A DNA stretch of 63,881 bases, counting the filler, from Sandaracinaceae bacterium (GTDB lineage: Bacteria > Myxococcota_A > Polyangia > Polyangiales > JADJQN01): NCBI GenBank assembly GCA_947483975.1. It is 4 parts of 4 records of this genome, joined end to end, with 100 filler letters (N's around TTAATTAATTAA, not from the genome) between each part and the next. Parts side by side here need not be neighbours in the genome. Positions count along the whole stretch, not along the records: positions 17,226 to 33,988 come from CANKOL010000075.1; 3 more parts are not named here. One strand, 5' to 3'. Below the pieces are notes generated by a model. It saw only the letters and a program-made list of their open reading frames with translations, searched no databases and had not been told where the DNA came from. Shown one piece after another: positions 19,014 through 30,361 of this stretch (within the stretch, counting starts at the first letter, position 1; every line of letters begins with the position of its first letter). The translations under genes were made by a program, and so were the position numbers.

Positions 19014-20630
19014 ATGACGACACCCGATGCAGTGACGGGAGCCAAGGCTCTCGTAGTCGGAGTTCCGACTGAGATCTATGTAGGCGAGCGGCGCGTCGCG
19101 GCCTCCCCCGCGACCGTGCTCAAGCTCTGCAAGCGCGGCCTCGAGGTCGTGGTGCAGGCGGGCGCCGGTGACGCGGCGGGCCTCTCGGACGCGGACTTCG
19201 CCGAGGCGGGGGCGCGCATCGTGCCGACCGTCGAGGACGTGTACGCGCAAGCGGACATCATCACCAAGGTCCGCGCGCCGATGGAGGCGCCCGAGGGCGG
19301 ACGGCACGAGGCGGAGCTGCTGCGCGAGGGGCAGACGCTCGTCAGCTTCCTCTGGCCCGCGCAGAACCCGGACCTGCTCAAGCGCCTCGCCGCCCGCAAG
19401 GCGACGGTGCTCGCGATGGACGCGGTGCCGCGCATCACGCGCGCGCAGAAGCTCGACGCGCTCTCGGCGACGGCGAACCTCGTCGGCTATCGCGCGGTGA
19501 TCGAGGCGGCGAGCCACTACGGGCGCTTCCTCGGCGGGCAGTCGACGGCGGCTGGGCGCGTTCGGCCGGCGACGGTCTTCATCGTCGGCGCGGGCGTCGC
19601 GGGGCTCGCGGCGGTCGCGGCGGCGCGGTCGCTCGGCGCCATTGTGCGAGCCTTCGACACGCGCCCGGTCGTGCGCGAGCAGATCGAGTCGCTCGGCGCG
19701 GAGTTCGTCCCCTTCGAGTTCAAGGGTGAGACGGGCGAGGGCACCGGCGGCTACGCGAAGCAGGTCAGCGACGCGTACCTCGAGGCGGAGCAGGAGCTGA
19801 TCGCGAAGGAGTGCCAGGGCGCCGACATCGTCGTCACGACGGCGCTCATCCCGGGCAAGCCCGCGCCGAAGCTCGTCACCTCCGGAGCGGTCGTCGCGAT
19901 GCGGTCTGGCTCCGTCATCATCGACCTCGCGGCGGAGCAGGGCGGCAACTGCGCCCTGACCGAGCGCGACGAGCTCGTCGTCAAGCACGGCGTGACCATC
20001 GTCGGGCGCACGGACTTCCCGAGCCGCATGGCGCTGATGGCGAGCGAGCTCTACTCGACCACGGTGCTCAACCTCCTCGAGGAGGTCTTCGGCAAGGGCG
20101 CCGACTGGAAGCTCAACCTCGAGGACGAGGTGCAGCGCGGCATGCTCGTCGTCAACGCCGGCGACATCACCTGGCCGCCGCCCGCGCCGAGCATCCGCGT
20201 CGGTCCGCCCGTCCCGCCGCCCGCCGCGAAGCCTGGGACGCGCGCGCCGAAGGTCGTGGCGCCCGCGTCGCCTTGGCCGACGCGCGTCGCCGCGCTCCTC
20301 GCGCTCGCGGTGCTCGTGCCGGTCGGGCTCTTCGCAGAGCCCGCGCTCGTGCAGCACCTCACGGTGTTCCTGCTCGCCTGCGTCGTCGGCTGGCACGTCG
20401 TCTGGAACGTCAGCGCCGCGCTCCACACGCCGCTCATGAGCGTCACGAACGCCATCAGCGGCATCATCCTGGTCGGCGGCCTCTTGCTCGCCGGCAACAG
20501 CGCAGCGCCGTCGGGGGGCGGCGTCTCCACGGCCGCCATCCTCGGCGCCGTCGCCGTGCTGCTCTCCGCCATCAACGTGGCCGGCGGCTTCCTCGTCACG
20601 CAGCGAATGCTGAGAATGTTCCGCCGATGA
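19014..20630 (+). CDS. pntA: NAD(P) transhydrogenase alpha subunit
   Basis: [57 protein letters not shown]. Confidence 0.96.
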   Translation: MTTPDAVTGAKALVVGVPTEIYVGERRVAASPATVLKLCKRGLEVVVQAGAGDAAGLSDADFAEAGARIVPTVEDVYAQADIITKVRAPMEAPEGGRHEAELLREGQTLVSFLWPAQNPDLLKRLAARKATVLAMDAVPRITRAQKLDALSATANLVGYRAVIEAASHYGRFLGGQSTAAGRVRPATVFIVGAGVAGLAAVAAARSLGAIVRAFDTRPVVREQIESLGAEFVPFEFKGETGEGTGGYAKQVSDAYLEAEQELIAKECQGADIVVTTALIPGKPAPKLVTSGAVVAMRSGSVIIDLAAEQGGNCALTERDELVVKHGVTIVGRTDFPSRMALMASELYSTTVLNLLEEVFGKGADWKLNLEDEVQRGMLVVNAGDITWPPPAPSIRVGPPVPPPAAKPGTRAPKVVAPASPWPTRVAALLALAVLVPVGLFAEPALVQHLTVFLLACVVGWHVVWNVSAALHTPLMSVTNAISGIILVGGLLLAGNSAAPSGGGVSTAAILGAVAVLLSAINVAGGFLVTQRMLRMFRR

Positions 20631-22081
20631 CCTCCAGTCTTGCGAACGTCGCGTATCTCGTCGCCAGCCTCCTCTTCGTGCTCTCGCTGCGTGGGCTCTC
20701 CACGCAAGAGACCGCGCGCGGCGGCAACACCATGGGCGTCGTCGGCATGCTGATCGCCACCGCGATCACCATCGGCGTGCTGCTCTTCCCGGCGCCCGCT
20801 GCCGTCGGCGCCGAGGTCGTCGCCCCGGCGCCCCTCGCGCTCACCATCCTCGCCATCGCCATCGCGGTCGGCGCGGCGCTCGGCGCCGTGCTCGCGGCGC
20901 GCGTCGCGATGACGTCGATGCCGGAGCTCGTCGCGATGCTGCACAGCTTCGTCGGCGCAGCCGCGGCGCTCGTCGGCATCGGCTCGCAGATCGAGGCGTC
21001 GGCGCCGGGCGTCATCGCCGGCACGGACGTCGCGCATCAGATCGAGATCTACCTGGGCGTGTGGGTCGGCGCGATCACCTTCACCGGCTCGATCATCGCG
21101 TTCCTCAAGCTGCGCGGCACCATCGGCAGCAAGCCGCTCGTGCTGCCGGGGCGGCACGTGCTCAACGCGCTGATGGTCATCACCTGCGTCGTGCTCGGCG
21201 TGCTCGGCTTCCAGGTCGGCGGCGAGCTGTCCACGTACTACCTGCTCGGCGTGACCGTGATCGCGTGCATGCTCGGCGCGCACCTCGTGCTCGCGATCGG
21301 CGGCGGCGATATGCCGGTCGTCGTCTCGCTGCTCAACAGCTACTCGGGCTGGGCGGCCGCGGCGGCGGGCTTCATGCTCGAGAACGACCTGCTGATCGTC
21401 ACGGGCGCGCTCGTCGGAAGCTCCGGCGCGATCCTCAGCTACATCATGTGCAAGGCGATGAACCGCTCCATCTGGAACGTCGTCTTCGCCGGCTTCGGGG
21501 AGGGCGCGGGCATCGTCCCCGCCGCCAAGACCGACGGCCCCGTGCGCACCGTGCAAGAGGCGACGATCGAGTCGACGAGGGACCTGCTCCTCGCCGCCAA
21601 GAGCGTCATCGTCGTGCCGGGCTACGGCATGGCCGTCGCGCAGGCGCAGCACCCCGTCAAGGAGATCACGACGCTGCTCGCGAAGCGCGGCGTCAAGGTG
21701 CAGTACGCGATTCACCCCGTCGCGGGGCGCCTGCCGGGCCACATGAACGTGCTCCTCGCCGAGGCGAGCGTCTCCTACGAGATCGTCAAGGAGATGGACG
21801 AGATCAACGAGGAGTTCCCCCACACGGACGTCGTCATCGTCATCGGCGCGAACGACATCGTGAACCCGAGCGCGCTCGACGATCCGAGCAGCCCGATCTA
21901 CGGGATGCCCGTCCTCGAGGCGTGGGGCGCGAAGAAGGTCATCATGCTCAAGCGCGGCATGGCGGCGGGCTACGCCGGCGTCGACAACCCGCTCTGCTAC
22001 CTCGACAACACGCTGATGCTCTTCGGCGACGCGAAGAAGAGCGTGAGCGCGCTGCTCACGGCGCTGCAGACCGCGGAGTGA
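20627..22081 (+). CDS. pntB: NAD(P) transhydrogenase beta subunit
   Basis: ATGA overlap. [56 protein letters not shown]. Confidence 0.96.
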   Translation: MTSSLANVAYLVASLLFVLSLRGLSTQETARGGNTMGVVGMLIATAITIGVLLFPAPAAVGAEVVAPAPLALTILAIAIAVGAALGAVLAARVAMTSMPELVAMLHSFVGAAAALVGIGSQIEASAPGVIAGTDVAHQIEIYLGVWVGAITFTGSIIAFLKLRGTIGSKPLVLPGRHVLNALMVITCVVLGVLGFQVGGELSTYYLLGVTVIACMLGAHLVLAIGGGDMPVVVSLLNSYSGWAAAAAGFMLENDLLIVTGALVGSSGAILSYIMCKAMNRSIWNVVFAGFGEGAGIVPAAKTDGPVRTVQEATIESTRDLLLAAKSVIVVPGYGMAVAQAQHPVKEITTLLAKRGVKVQYAIHPVAGRLPGHMNVLLAEASVSYEIVKEMDEINEEFPHTDVVIVIGANDIVNPSALDDPSSPIYGMPVLEAWGAKKVIMLKRGMAAGYAGVDNPLCYLDNTLMLFGDAKKSVSALLTALQTAE

Positions 22082-22133
22082 TCCGTCTCGCGGGACGCCG
22101 GTCAGGCGCGCCTCGGCGTGCTAGACCGGCGTC

Positions 22134-22991
22134 ATGAAACGCGAGTTCCGCGCGATCCAACTTGCCATTGCCTGCGCGGTCATCGGGGCGACCGCAAAAT
22201 TCACGGTTGGGTTGCTCACCGGCAGTATGTCGATGATCTCGTCGGCCGTGGACTCGCTCGGGGATCTCTTCGTCTCCATCACGAACCTCTTCGTCGTGAA
22301 GATCGCGGGGACCGCGCCGGACGAGAACCACAACTACGGACACGCCAAGATCGAGGGACTCGGGGCGATGTTCGAGGGCGGGTTCATCTTCGCCGCGGGC
22401 GTGTTCATCGCCTACGAGTCCGTGCACAAGATGCTCATCCGCGAGGAGAGCCACGACTCGACGCTCGGCATCGTGGTGATGTTGCCGATCCTGGGGATGA
22501 CGCTCGCGACGGTGTGGCACCTGCGCAAGGTGGCGAAGGAGACGGGCAGCCTCGTCGTGAAGTCCGACGCGCTCCACTACATGACCGACGTCTGGGTGAA
22601 CGTCGGCGTGCTCGTGTCGCTCGCGCTCGTGAAGCTCACGGGGCTGCCCATCATCGACTCGATCGTCTCGCTGATCATCGCCGTCTACATGGTCTTCTCG
22701 AGCCTCGGCGTCGTGCGCGCGGGCTTCGACGTCGTCATGGACAAGGCGCTCGACGCGGACACCGTGAAGAAGGTCAGCGGCATGCTCGCGGCGTGCTCGA
22801 AGATCGAGTCGTTTCACGACTTCAAGACGCGCACCGGCAGGATCCCGCACGTCGACTTCCACGTCGTCGTGCGCCCGGAGACGACGACGCAGGAGGTCCA
22901 CGACCTCTTCCTCGAGCTACAGGGGAGCGTCCGCGCGATCGTCGGTCCTGCGGCGAAGGTGCATATGCACGCGGAGCCCGCGGCGCACTGA
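22134..22991 (+). CDS. Cation diffusion facilitator (FieF-like) metal transporter
   Basis: SAVDSLGD, PDENHNYGHAKIE, SDALHYMTD, C-terminal HAEP. Confidence 0.92.
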   Translation: MKREFRAIQLAIACAVIGATAKFTVGLLTGSMSMISSAVDSLGDLFVSITNLFVVKIAGTAPDENHNYGHAKIEGLGAMFEGGFIFAAGVFIAYESVHKMLIREESHDSTLGIVVMLPILGMTLATVWHLRKVAKETGSLVVKSDALHYMTDVWVNVGVLVSLALVKLTGLPIIDSIVSLIIAVYMVFSSLGVVRAGFDVVMDKALDADTVKKVSGMLAACSKIESFHDFKTRTGRIPHVDFHVVVRPETTTQEVHDLFLELQGSVRAIVGPAAKVHMHAEPAAH

Positions 22992-23060
22992 GTCCATCGG
23001 GGGCTGAGCCGACCGCAGAGAGGCTCTGCGCGAGGGGCGCTAGACGCGCCGCGCGCGTGT

Positions 23061-24659
23061 CTACGCAAGCAAGCAGCCGGGGTTCATGATGCCGGCGGGA
23101 TCGACCTCGCGCTTGGCGGCGCGGAGCATCCCGAGGAACGGCGCGGGCGCCTCGCGCTCGTACCACGGGCGATGCGTGCGGCCGACGCCGTGATGGTGCG
23201 TGATGGTGCCGCCCGCGCGCGCCAACGCCTCGCTCGCCGCGCTCTTGATCTCTGCCCACTGCGCGAGCTCGCTGCCGCGCTTCGCGGGCGCGAGGAAGGT
23301 GTAGTAGGGCGCGGGCCCGTCGGGATAGACGTGCGTGAAGCGGCACGAGAGCGAGCCCTTGCCAGCGACGCGCCGGAGGGCGTCGCGCACGTCGTGCGTG
23401 ATCGCTTGGTGCAGCGCCTCGAAGTGATCCCAGGTGCACGCCGTCTCGAAGGTGTCGGCGATGACGCCGATGCTGACCATCGTGCTCTGCAGGTACGGCG
23501 CCTCGAAGAACGCCTGCTTCCAGCTGCCCGCGACGCCGTCGTCGCCCGTGCGCTCGCCGCCCTCGCGGATCACGGCGCCCTTGGCGCACACGCCGCCGTG
23601 ATCGCGGCAGAGCTCGAGGGCGCGCTCGATCCACACGGCGAGGCCGTGATCCGCCGACTCGAAGCCGACGACGACGACGGAGCTGCCGTCGGTCGCGACG
23701 AAATTGAGGGCCGCCTCCCGCGGATCGAGCAAGCGGCAATTCGTCGGATAGAGGCCGGATTGGGAGAGCGCGTGCACCGCCGAGACGGCGCCGCGAAATT
23801 TCGCGAAGTGCACGCTCGCCGTCGCGCGGAAGCGCGGGCGAGGGCGGACGCGCATCCACGCCTCCGTGATGACGCCGAGCGTGCCCTCCGAGCCGAGCAT
23901 CAGTCGGTCCGCGCTCGGTCCGGCGCCCGACGAGGGGAAGCGGCGCGTCTCGAGGACGCCGCGCGGCGTGACCGTGCGCGTCGTCTGCACGAGGTCGTCG
24001 ATGTGCGTGTAGAGCGTGGCGAAGTGCCCGCCGGCGCGCGTCGCGATCCAGCCGCCGAGCGTCGAGAACTCGAACGACTGGGGGAAGTGCCGGAGCGTCA
24101 GCCCGTGTTGCCCGAGCGTCGTCTCGAGCGCGGGGCCGAAGATGCCCGCCTGGATGCGCGCGGAGAGCGAGGTCCGCTCGACCTCGAGGACGGCGTCGAG
24201 GTTCGCGAGATCGAGCACGAGCACGGGGCGCTCACGGTCGCTGCGCTCGACGCCGCCGACCACGCTCGTGCCGCCGCCGAACGGGATGACCGCGACGTTC
24301 GCGCCGGAGGCCCAGTCGAGGAGCGCGACGACGTCGGCTTCGTCGCGGGGCGTCGCGACGAGATCGGGCGCGCTCGCGAAGTCGCCGCGGAAGCCGCGCA
24401 CGAGGTCGCGATAAGAGCGTCCGTAGGTGCGCCGAGCGCGGGCGTCCCGCGCGTCGGTGATGATCTCCGCGAGGAGCGCGGGTGGCGCGAGCATGCTCGG
24501 CGCGACGTCCGCGTCGGCGAGCGCGACCGGGTCGGCGAGCTCGCCCGGCGTGAAGCCGAGCACGGCGCCGAGCTGCGCACCGAGCAGCTCGCGCGTCGGT
24601 CGGTCAGGAAAGCGGTCCGCCCAGCCCCATCCCCAATGGTTCAGTGCACGTGCGCTCAT
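23061..24659 (-). CDS. FAD-linked oxidase, alkyl-dihydroxyacetonephosphate synthase (AgpS)-like
   Basis: IPFGGGTSVVGG, HFPQSFEFSTLGGWIATRAGG, THVYPDGPAPYYT, TITHHHGVG. Confidence 0.85.
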   Translation of the reverse strand: MSARALNHWGWGWADRFPDRPTRELLGAQLGAVLGFTPGELADPVALADADVAPSMLAPPALLAEIITDARDARARRTYGRSYRDLVRGFRGDFASAPDLVATPRDEADVVALLDWASGANVAVIPFGGGTSVVGGVERSDRERPVLVLDLANLDAVLEVERTSLSARIQAGIFGPALETTLGQHGLTLRHFPQSFEFSTLGGWIATRAGGHFATLYTHIDDLVQTTRTVTPRGVLETRRFPSSGAGPSADRLMLGSEGTLGVITEAWMRVRPRPRFRATASVHFAKFRGAVSAVHALSQSGLYPTNCRLLDPREAALNFVATDGSSVVVVGFESADHGLAVWIERALELCRDHGGVCAKGAVIREGGERTGDDGVAGSWKQAFFEAPYLQSTMVSIGVIADTFETACTWDHFEALHQAITHDVRDALRRVAGKGSLSCRFTHVYPDGPAPYYTFLAPAKRGSELAQWAEIKSAASEALARAGGTITHHHGVGRTHRPWYEREAPAPFLGMLRAAKREVDPAGIMNPGCLLA

Positions 24660-24721
24660 GGGCCGAGTATGCGACTGGCACGCCGCTCGCGGGGACCTAC
24701 TTGTGAGTCGTGGCGATTCCC

Positions 24722-25468
24722 ATGAGCCCGAACGCTGACCGCCTCGGGGGGGGCGCTGAGGGCCGCCGCGCGGTGCTCGAGGCGCGCGGGCTGACCAAGG
24801 TCTACCGCATGGGCGAGGTGGACGTGCACGCGCTCCGCGGTGTCGACCTCGACCTCTTCGAGGGCGAATTCGTCGTGCTGCTCGGGGCGTCTGGCAGCGG
24901 AAAGTCCACGCTGCTCAATATCCTCGGCGGGCTCGATGTGCCGACGAGCGGCCGAGTCCACTACCGCGAGCACGACCTGACCGAGGCGGACGACGGCGCG
25001 CTCACTCGGTATCGGCGCGAGCACGTCGGCTTCGTCTTCCAGTTCTACAACCTCGTGCCGAGCCTGACCGCGCGCGAGAACGTGCAGCTCGTCACGGATA
25101 TCTCGGACAACCCGCTCGACCCCGAGGAGGCGCTCGCGTTGGTCGGGCTCTCGGAGCGCAGCGATCACTTCCCCGCGCAGCTCTCGGGCGGCGAGCAGCA
25201 GCGAGTGTCGATCGCGCGCGCGATCGCGAAGCGACCGGATGTGCTGCTCTGCGACGAGCCGACGGGCGCGCTCGATTTTCGCACAGGGATTCTCGTGCTC
25301 GACGTGATCGAGCGGGTGAATCGCGAGCTCGGCACGACGACCGCGATCATCACGCACAACGCGCCCATCGCCGCCATCGCCGACCGCGTGATCACCATCG
25401 CGGACGGCAGCGTCCTCAGCGAGGTGCGCAACGCGACGAAGGCGCGCCCCGCCGACGTGCGCTGGTAG
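24722..25468 (+). CDS. ABC transporter ATP-binding protein (MacB/LolD class)
   Basis: [29 protein letters not shown]. Confidence 0.95.
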   Translation: MSPNADRLGGGAEGRRAVLEARGLTKVYRMGEVDVHALRGVDLDLFEGEFVVLLGASGSGKSTLLNILGGLDVPTSGRVHYREHDLTEADDGALTRYRREHVGFVFQFYNLVPSLTARENVQLVTDISDNPLDPEEALALVGLSERSDHFPAQLSGGEQQRVSIARAIAKRPDVLLCDEPTGALDFRTGILVLDVIERVNRELGTTTAIITHNAPIAAIADRVITIADGSVLSEVRNATKARPADVRW

Positions 25469-25472
25469 TGCG

Positions 25473-27839
25473 ATGCGCGCGCTCGACCGCAAGCTGCTCC
25501 GCGACCTCTGGCGCCTGAAGGGCCAGGTCGCGACCATCGCAGCGGTCGTCGCCTGCGGCATCGCGAGCTTCGTGGCGCTGCGCGGCACGTTCACGTCGCT
25601 GCGCGAGTCGCAGGCCGCGTATTACGAGCAGCAGCGGTTCGGGGACGTGTTCGCGACGCTGCGCCGCGCGCCCGAGTCGCTGAAGGCGCGGGTCGAGGAG
25701 ATCCCCGGCGTCGCGCTCGCGTACACGCGCCTCGCAGAGACGGTGATGCTCCCGATGGACGATATGCCCGAGCCGGCCGTCGGGCGGGTGGTGTCGCTGC
25801 CGGCGGACGGGGTGCCTCCGCTCGACGGGATCTACCTCGTGTCCGGTCGCTTGCCGCGCGTCGGGCGCGCCGACGAGGCCGTGATCCTCGAGGCGTTCGC
25901 GACCGCGCACAGCCTGTCGCTCGGGGGCCGGATCCCCGCGGTGCTCAACGGCACGCGCCGGGACGTCCGCATCGTCGGCATCGGGATGTCCCCCGAGTTC
26001 ATCTTCGCGATCTCGAATCCCCTCGATTTTACGGGCGATCCGAAGCGCTTCTGCGTGCTCTGGATGGACCGGAGCGCCGTGGCGCCGACCTTTCGGATGG
26101 AGGGCGCGTTCGACGACCTCGTGCTGCGATTGCAGCCCGGCGCGTCCGAGGCGAGCGTCATCGAGGCGCTCGACCGATTGCTCGGGCCCTATGGCGCGTT
26201 CGGCGCGGTCGGGCGCAGCAAGCAGATCTCGCACTCGATGCTCGAGGGAGAGCTGCAGCAGCTCGAGGGAATGGCACTCTGGATTCCCGCGCTCTTTCTG
26301 TTCGTCGCGGCGTTCTTGCTCAATGTCGTGCTGACTAGACTCGTGTATTTGCAGCGACCTCAGATTGCCACTCTGCAGGCCATCGGATACCCGAGCTGGC
26401 GTATCGGCGCGCACTTCGTCGAGCTCGTGTCGGTCGTGGTCGTCGTCGGCGCCATCGTGGGTATTGCGCTCGGCGCGTATCTCGGGCGCGGAATGAGCGC
26501 GCTCTATGCGCAGTATTTTCACTTCCCGGAGTCGTTCTTCCGCGTGGACCCGCGGCTCGCGGCCATCGCGGTGCTCGTCAGCGTCGTCGCAGCGCTCGTC
26601 GGCGCGCTCGGCGCGGTGCGGTCCATCCTGCGTTTGGTGCCCGCGGAGGCGATGCGCCCGCCGACTCCGCTCGTGTATCGACTCGGGCTCGTCGAGCGCC
26701 TCGGGCTCGACCGCATCTTCGGCGGCTCGGGACGGATGGTGCTGCGCGAGCTGCGCAGGCAGCCCGTGCGGACGCTGCTCTCCTCGATCGGGATCGCGCT
26801 CGGGGTCGCCATCGTCGTCGTCGGGCGCTTTCAGGCGGACGCGTTCGAGGAGCTGATCGACGTGCAGTTCTTCCGCGCTTGGCGCGAGGACCTGAGCGTG
26901 GCGTTCGTCACGGCGGCGCCCGCGCGCGTCGTGCGGGAGCTCTCGCAGTTGCCGGGCGTGGAGCTCGCGGAGGGTGAGCGCTATGTGCCCGTGCGCTACC
27001 GGGCAGGGCCGCGCTTTCGGGATAGCGTGATCGTGGGGCACGCGGACGACCTCGAGCTTCGGCGCCTGCTGGATCGGGACGGCGTGCTCGTGCCCGTGCC
27101 CGAGGAGGGGCTTCTGCTGAGCGCCAAGCTCGCCGAACTACTCGAGGTGCGTCCGGGCGACGACGTCGAGGTCGAGGTGAAGGAGGGCGAGCGGCGCGTG
27201 CGCACCGTGCGCGTGTCCGGCGTCATCGACGACACCTTCGGGCTGATGGGGCATATGCGCACGGCGCCGCTGCACCGGCTCGTCGGAGAGGAGCAGCGCG
27301 TCTCCCTCGTCGTGATGCGCGTCGACGCGCGTTCGATGGACGACGTGCAGGCGCGCCTCAAGGAGATGCCGGGCGTCGGCGCGGTCACGCGTCGAATGTC
27401 GATCATCGAGCGGTTTCGCGCGCAGAGCGGCGAGACGATGCTGTTCTTCACGGCGATCCTCACGGCGTTCGCCGCGATCATCACCATCGGCGTCGTCTAC
27501 AACAACGCGCGCGTCGCGCTCTCGCTGCGAGGGCGCGACCTCGCGAGCCTGCGCGTGCTCGGCTTCACGCGGCGGGAGATCTCCTCCGTGCTGCTCGGCG
27601 AGCTCGGCATCCAGGTGCTGCTCGCGCTGCCGCTCGGGCTCTGGCTCGGCGACTCGATGGCGCGGCTGATCGCGTCGTCGGTCGACCCGGAGCAGTACCG
27701 GCTGCCGGTGCACATCTCCGCGCGTACCTATGCGTTCGCGGCGGCCGTCGCGGTGGTGTCCGGGATCGTCAGCGCGCTCTTCGTGCGGCGCCGCCTCGAC
27801 AAGCTCGATCTGGTCGAAGTCCTGAAGGAGAGGGAGTGA
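25473..27839 (+). CDS. ABC transporter permease (double FtsX/MacB-type)
   Basis: [10 protein letters not shown] start, two periplasmic domains and two FtsX-like TM sets ([11 protein letters not shown]). Confidence 0.9.
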   Translation: MRALDRKLLRDLWRLKGQVATIAAVVACGIASFVALRGTFTSLRESQAAYYEQQRFGDVFATLRRAPESLKARVEEIPGVALAYTRLAETVMLPMDDMPEPAVGRVVSLPADGVPPLDGIYLVSGRLPRVGRADEAVILEAFATAHSLSLGGRIPAVLNGTRRDVRIVGIGMSPEFIFAISNPLDFTGDPKRFCVLWMDRSAVAPTFRMEGAFDDLVLRLQPGASEASVIEALDRLLGPYGAFGAVGRSKQISHSMLEGELQQLEGMALWIPALFLFVAAFLLNVVLTRLVYLQRPQIATLQAIGYPSWRIGAHFVELVSVVVVVGAIVGIALGAYLGRGMSALYAQYFHFPESFFRVDPRLAAIAVLVSVVAALVGALGAVRSILRLVPAEAMRPPTPLVYRLGLVERLGLDRIFGGSGRMVLRELRRQPVRTLLSSIGIALGVAIVVVGRFQADAFEELIDVQFFRAWREDLSVAFVTAAPARVVRELSQLPGVELAEGERYVPVRYRAGPRFRDSVIVGHADDLELRRLLDRDGVLVPVPEEGLLLSAKLAELLEVRPGDDVEVEVKEGERRVRTVRVSGVIDDTFGLMGHMRTAPLHRLVGEEQRVSLVVMRVDARSMDDVQARLKEMPGVGAVTRRMSIIERFRAQSGETMLFFTAILTAFAAIITIGVVYNNARVALSLRGRDLASLRVLGFTRREISSVLLGELGIQVLLALPLGLWLGDSMARLIASSVDPEQYRLPVHISARTYAFAAAVAVVSGIVSALFVRRRLDKLDLVEVLKERE

Positions 27840-29104
27840 TGGACGAAGCCTCGAGCACGAAGTCGCTGGTGTCCGCGTCGGCCCCGAAGAGCGCTCGCGC
27901 GACGCGGCGGGCGATCGCGCGATGGTCCAGGCGCATCTTGCTGGGGCTGTTCGGCGCGGGGCTCGTCGCCGCGCTGGTCGTCGCGTGGCTGCCGAAGCCG
28001 CTCGTCGTGGACGTCGCGCGGGTCGCGCGCGGGGCGATGCGCGTGACCATCGACGAGGACGGTCGCACGCGCGTGAAGGACCGCTACGTCGTGTCGGCGC
28101 CGATCACCGGGAACGTCGCGCGCCTCGAGCTGAGCCCGGGTGACACCATCGTCGAGCGCGCGATCCTCGCGCGGATCGTGCCGCTCGCGTCACCGCTCCT
28201 CGACACGCGCACGCGCGCAGAGCTCGAGGCGCGCGTCGCGCAGGCGCAGGCGGCGCGCCAGCAGGCGGAGTCGGGGATCGCCCGCGCAGAGGCGGCGCTG
28301 ACGCTCGCGCAGTCGATGGCGGCGCGGCAGCGAACGCTGACGGTGCAGGGCGCGGTGCCCATCGCGGAGCGCGAGCGCACGGACCTCGAGGAGCGGGCGC
28401 GCACCGAGGACCTCGCCTCGACGCGCTTCGGCGCGCGCGTCGCCGCGCATCAAGTGGAGATGGCCCTCGCGGCGGTCGGCAGGATGTCGGGGCGCGCGGG
28501 CTCGGAGCAGCAGCTCGAGGTGACGTCGCCCATCGCGGGGCAGGTGCTGCGGGTCATTCAGCAGAGCGAGGGCGCCGTCGCGCCCGGAACGCCGCTCGTC
28601 GAGGTGGGCGATCCTGCGGCGCTCGAGCTCGTCGTCGATGTGCTGACCACGGACGCCGTCGTCATTCGACCGGGGGCGCGCGTGGAGGTCGACCGCTGGG
28701 GCGGCGAGCGGGTGCTCCGCGCGCATGTGCGGCTCGTGGAGCCATCGGCGTTCACGCGCGTGTCGGCGCTCGGCGTCGAGGAGCAGCGCGTCAACGTGGT
28801 CGTCGATCTCGACGAGCCGCGCGAGCGCTGGGCGGCGCTCGGCGACGGCTACCGCGTCGAGGCGCGCATCGTGGTCTGGGAGGAGCGCGAGGTGCTGCGC
28901 GTGCCGGCGAGCGCGGTGTTTCGCAGCGGCGCGGGGTGGGCAGTGTTTCGCGTCGAGGGGCCCGTCGCGCGGCTGCGCAGCGTCGAGGTCGGCAAGCGCA
29001 ACGGCGTCGACGTCGAGGTGCTGCGCGGGCTGTCCGCGAGCGACCGCGTCATCGCGCACCCGAGCGACCGCGTCGTCGAAGGCGCGGAGGTGGTCGCGCG
29101 GTAG
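27836..29104 (+). CDS. Membrane fusion / periplasmic adaptor protein (HlyD family)
   Basis: TM anchor, VSAPITG, coiled hairpin, VTSPIAGQVL, VEPSAFTRVSALGVEEQRV. Confidence 0.88.
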   Translation: MMDEASSTKSLVSASAPKSARATRRAIARWSRRILLGLFGAGLVAALVVAWLPKPLVVDVARVARGAMRVTIDEDGRTRVKDRYVVSAPITGNVARLELSPGDTIVERAILARIVPLASPLLDTRTRAELEARVAQAQAARQQAESGIARAEAALTLAQSMAARQRTLTVQGAVPIAERERTDLEERARTEDLASTRFGARVAAHQVEMALAAVGRMSGRAGSEQQLEVTSPIAGQVLRVIQQSEGAVAPGTPLVEVGDPAALELVVDVLTTDAVVIRPGARVEVDRWGGERVLRAHVRLVEPSAFTRVSALGVEEQRVNVVVDLDEPRERWAALGDGYRVEARIVVWEEREVLRVPASAVFRSGAGWAVFRVEGPVARLRSVEVGKRNGVDVEVLRGLSASDRVIAHPSDRVVEGAEVVAR

Positions 29105-29188
29105 CGGCTCGCTGCGCCTCGACGACGGGATTCGCACGCCGCGCAGGGCGGCTTGGTTGGGCTTCGCGCCGCGGGTTATAAGGGCGCC

Positions 29189-30361
29189 ATGCGACTGCGA
29201 TGGATGACCGCCGGTGAGTCGCACGGGCCGGGCCTCGTCGGCATCGTGGAGGGCGTGCCGGCAGGGCTGCGCTTGCTCGCGGCGGACGTCGACGTGGACC
29301 TAGCGCGCCGTCAGACGGGCTACGGGCGCGGCGGGCGCATGAAGATCGAGAAGGACCGCGTCGTGCTGCAGGCGGGCGTGCGCGGGGGCGAGACGCTCGG
29401 CGGGCCGATCGCGCTGCTGGTCGAGAACCGTGACTTCGCGAGCTGGCAAGGGCGCATGGGCGCGGCGCCGTTCGCGGAGCCTCCCGAGGCGTTCACGCGC
29501 GCGCGACCGGGGCACGCGGACCTCGCCGGCGGCATCAAGTACGGGCAGCACGACCTCCGCGACGTGCTCGAGCGCGCGAGCGCCCGCGAGACGACGCTGC
29601 GCGTGGCGGTCGGCGCGGTGTGCAGGCGCTTGCTCGCCGAGTGCGGCGTCACGGTGTTCGGGCACGTCGTGTCGATCGGCGCGGTCGAGGCGCGCGCGCT
29701 CGAGGGCGGCTGGGACGCCGTGCGGGCCGCCGCGGAAGCCGACGATCTCCGCACCGCGGACCCCGACGCGTCGGCGCAGATGCGCGCGGCGATCCACGCG
29801 GCGTCGCACGCCGGGGACACGCTCGGCGGAGTGTTCGAGGTGGTCGCGCTCGGCGTGCCCATCGGGCTCGGCTCGCACGTGCAGTGGGACCGCAAGCTCG
29901 ACGGGCGCCTCGCGCAGGCGCTGATGAGCATCCAGGCGATCAAGGGCGTGGAGCTCGGACTCGGCTTCGGCGCGGCGCGCGCGCGGGGCTCGGACGTGCA
30001 CGATCCGATCGCGTGGGCGGCCGATGGCGCGGGCGGGGGCAGCTTCTCTCGCGCGCGCAACGGCGCAGGCGGCGTCGAGGGCGGCATCACGAACGGCGAG
30101 CCGCTGCTCTGTCGCGCGGCGATGAAGCCGATCGCGACCCTCCGCGCCGCGCTCGACACGGTGGACGTGCGGACGAAGGAGGCGACGACGGCCGCGACCG
30201 AGCGCAGCGACGTCTGCGCGGTCCCGGCGGCGAGCGTCGTCGGCGAGGCGATGGTCTGCATCACCCTCGCGGACGCGCTCCTCGAGAAGTTCGGCGGCGA
30301 CTCGATGCCGGAGCTGCTCGCGCGCCTCGGCGCCTGGCGCGAGCACGTGCGGACCTACTGA
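29189..30361 (+). CDS. aroC: Chorismate synthase
   Basis: TAGESHG, RPGHAD, ERASARET, AMKPIATL, RSDVCAVP. Confidence 0.97.
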   Translation: MRLRWMTAGESHGPGLVGIVEGVPAGLRLLAADVDVDLARRQTGYGRGGRMKIEKDRVVLQAGVRGGETLGGPIALLVENRDFASWQGRMGAAPFAEPPEAFTRARPGHADLAGGIKYGQHDLRDVLERASARETTLRVAVGAVCRRLLAECGVTVFGHVVSIGAVEARALEGGWDAVRAAAEADDLRTADPDASAQMRAAIHAASHAGDTLGGVFEVVALGVPIGLGSHVQWDRKLDGRLAQALMSIQAIKGVELGLGFGAARARGSDVHDPIAWAADGAGGGSFSRARNGAGGVEGGITNGEPLLCRAAMKPIATLRAALDTVDVRTKEATTAATERSDVCAVPAASVVGEAMVCITLADALLEKFGGDSMPELLARLGAWREHVRTY

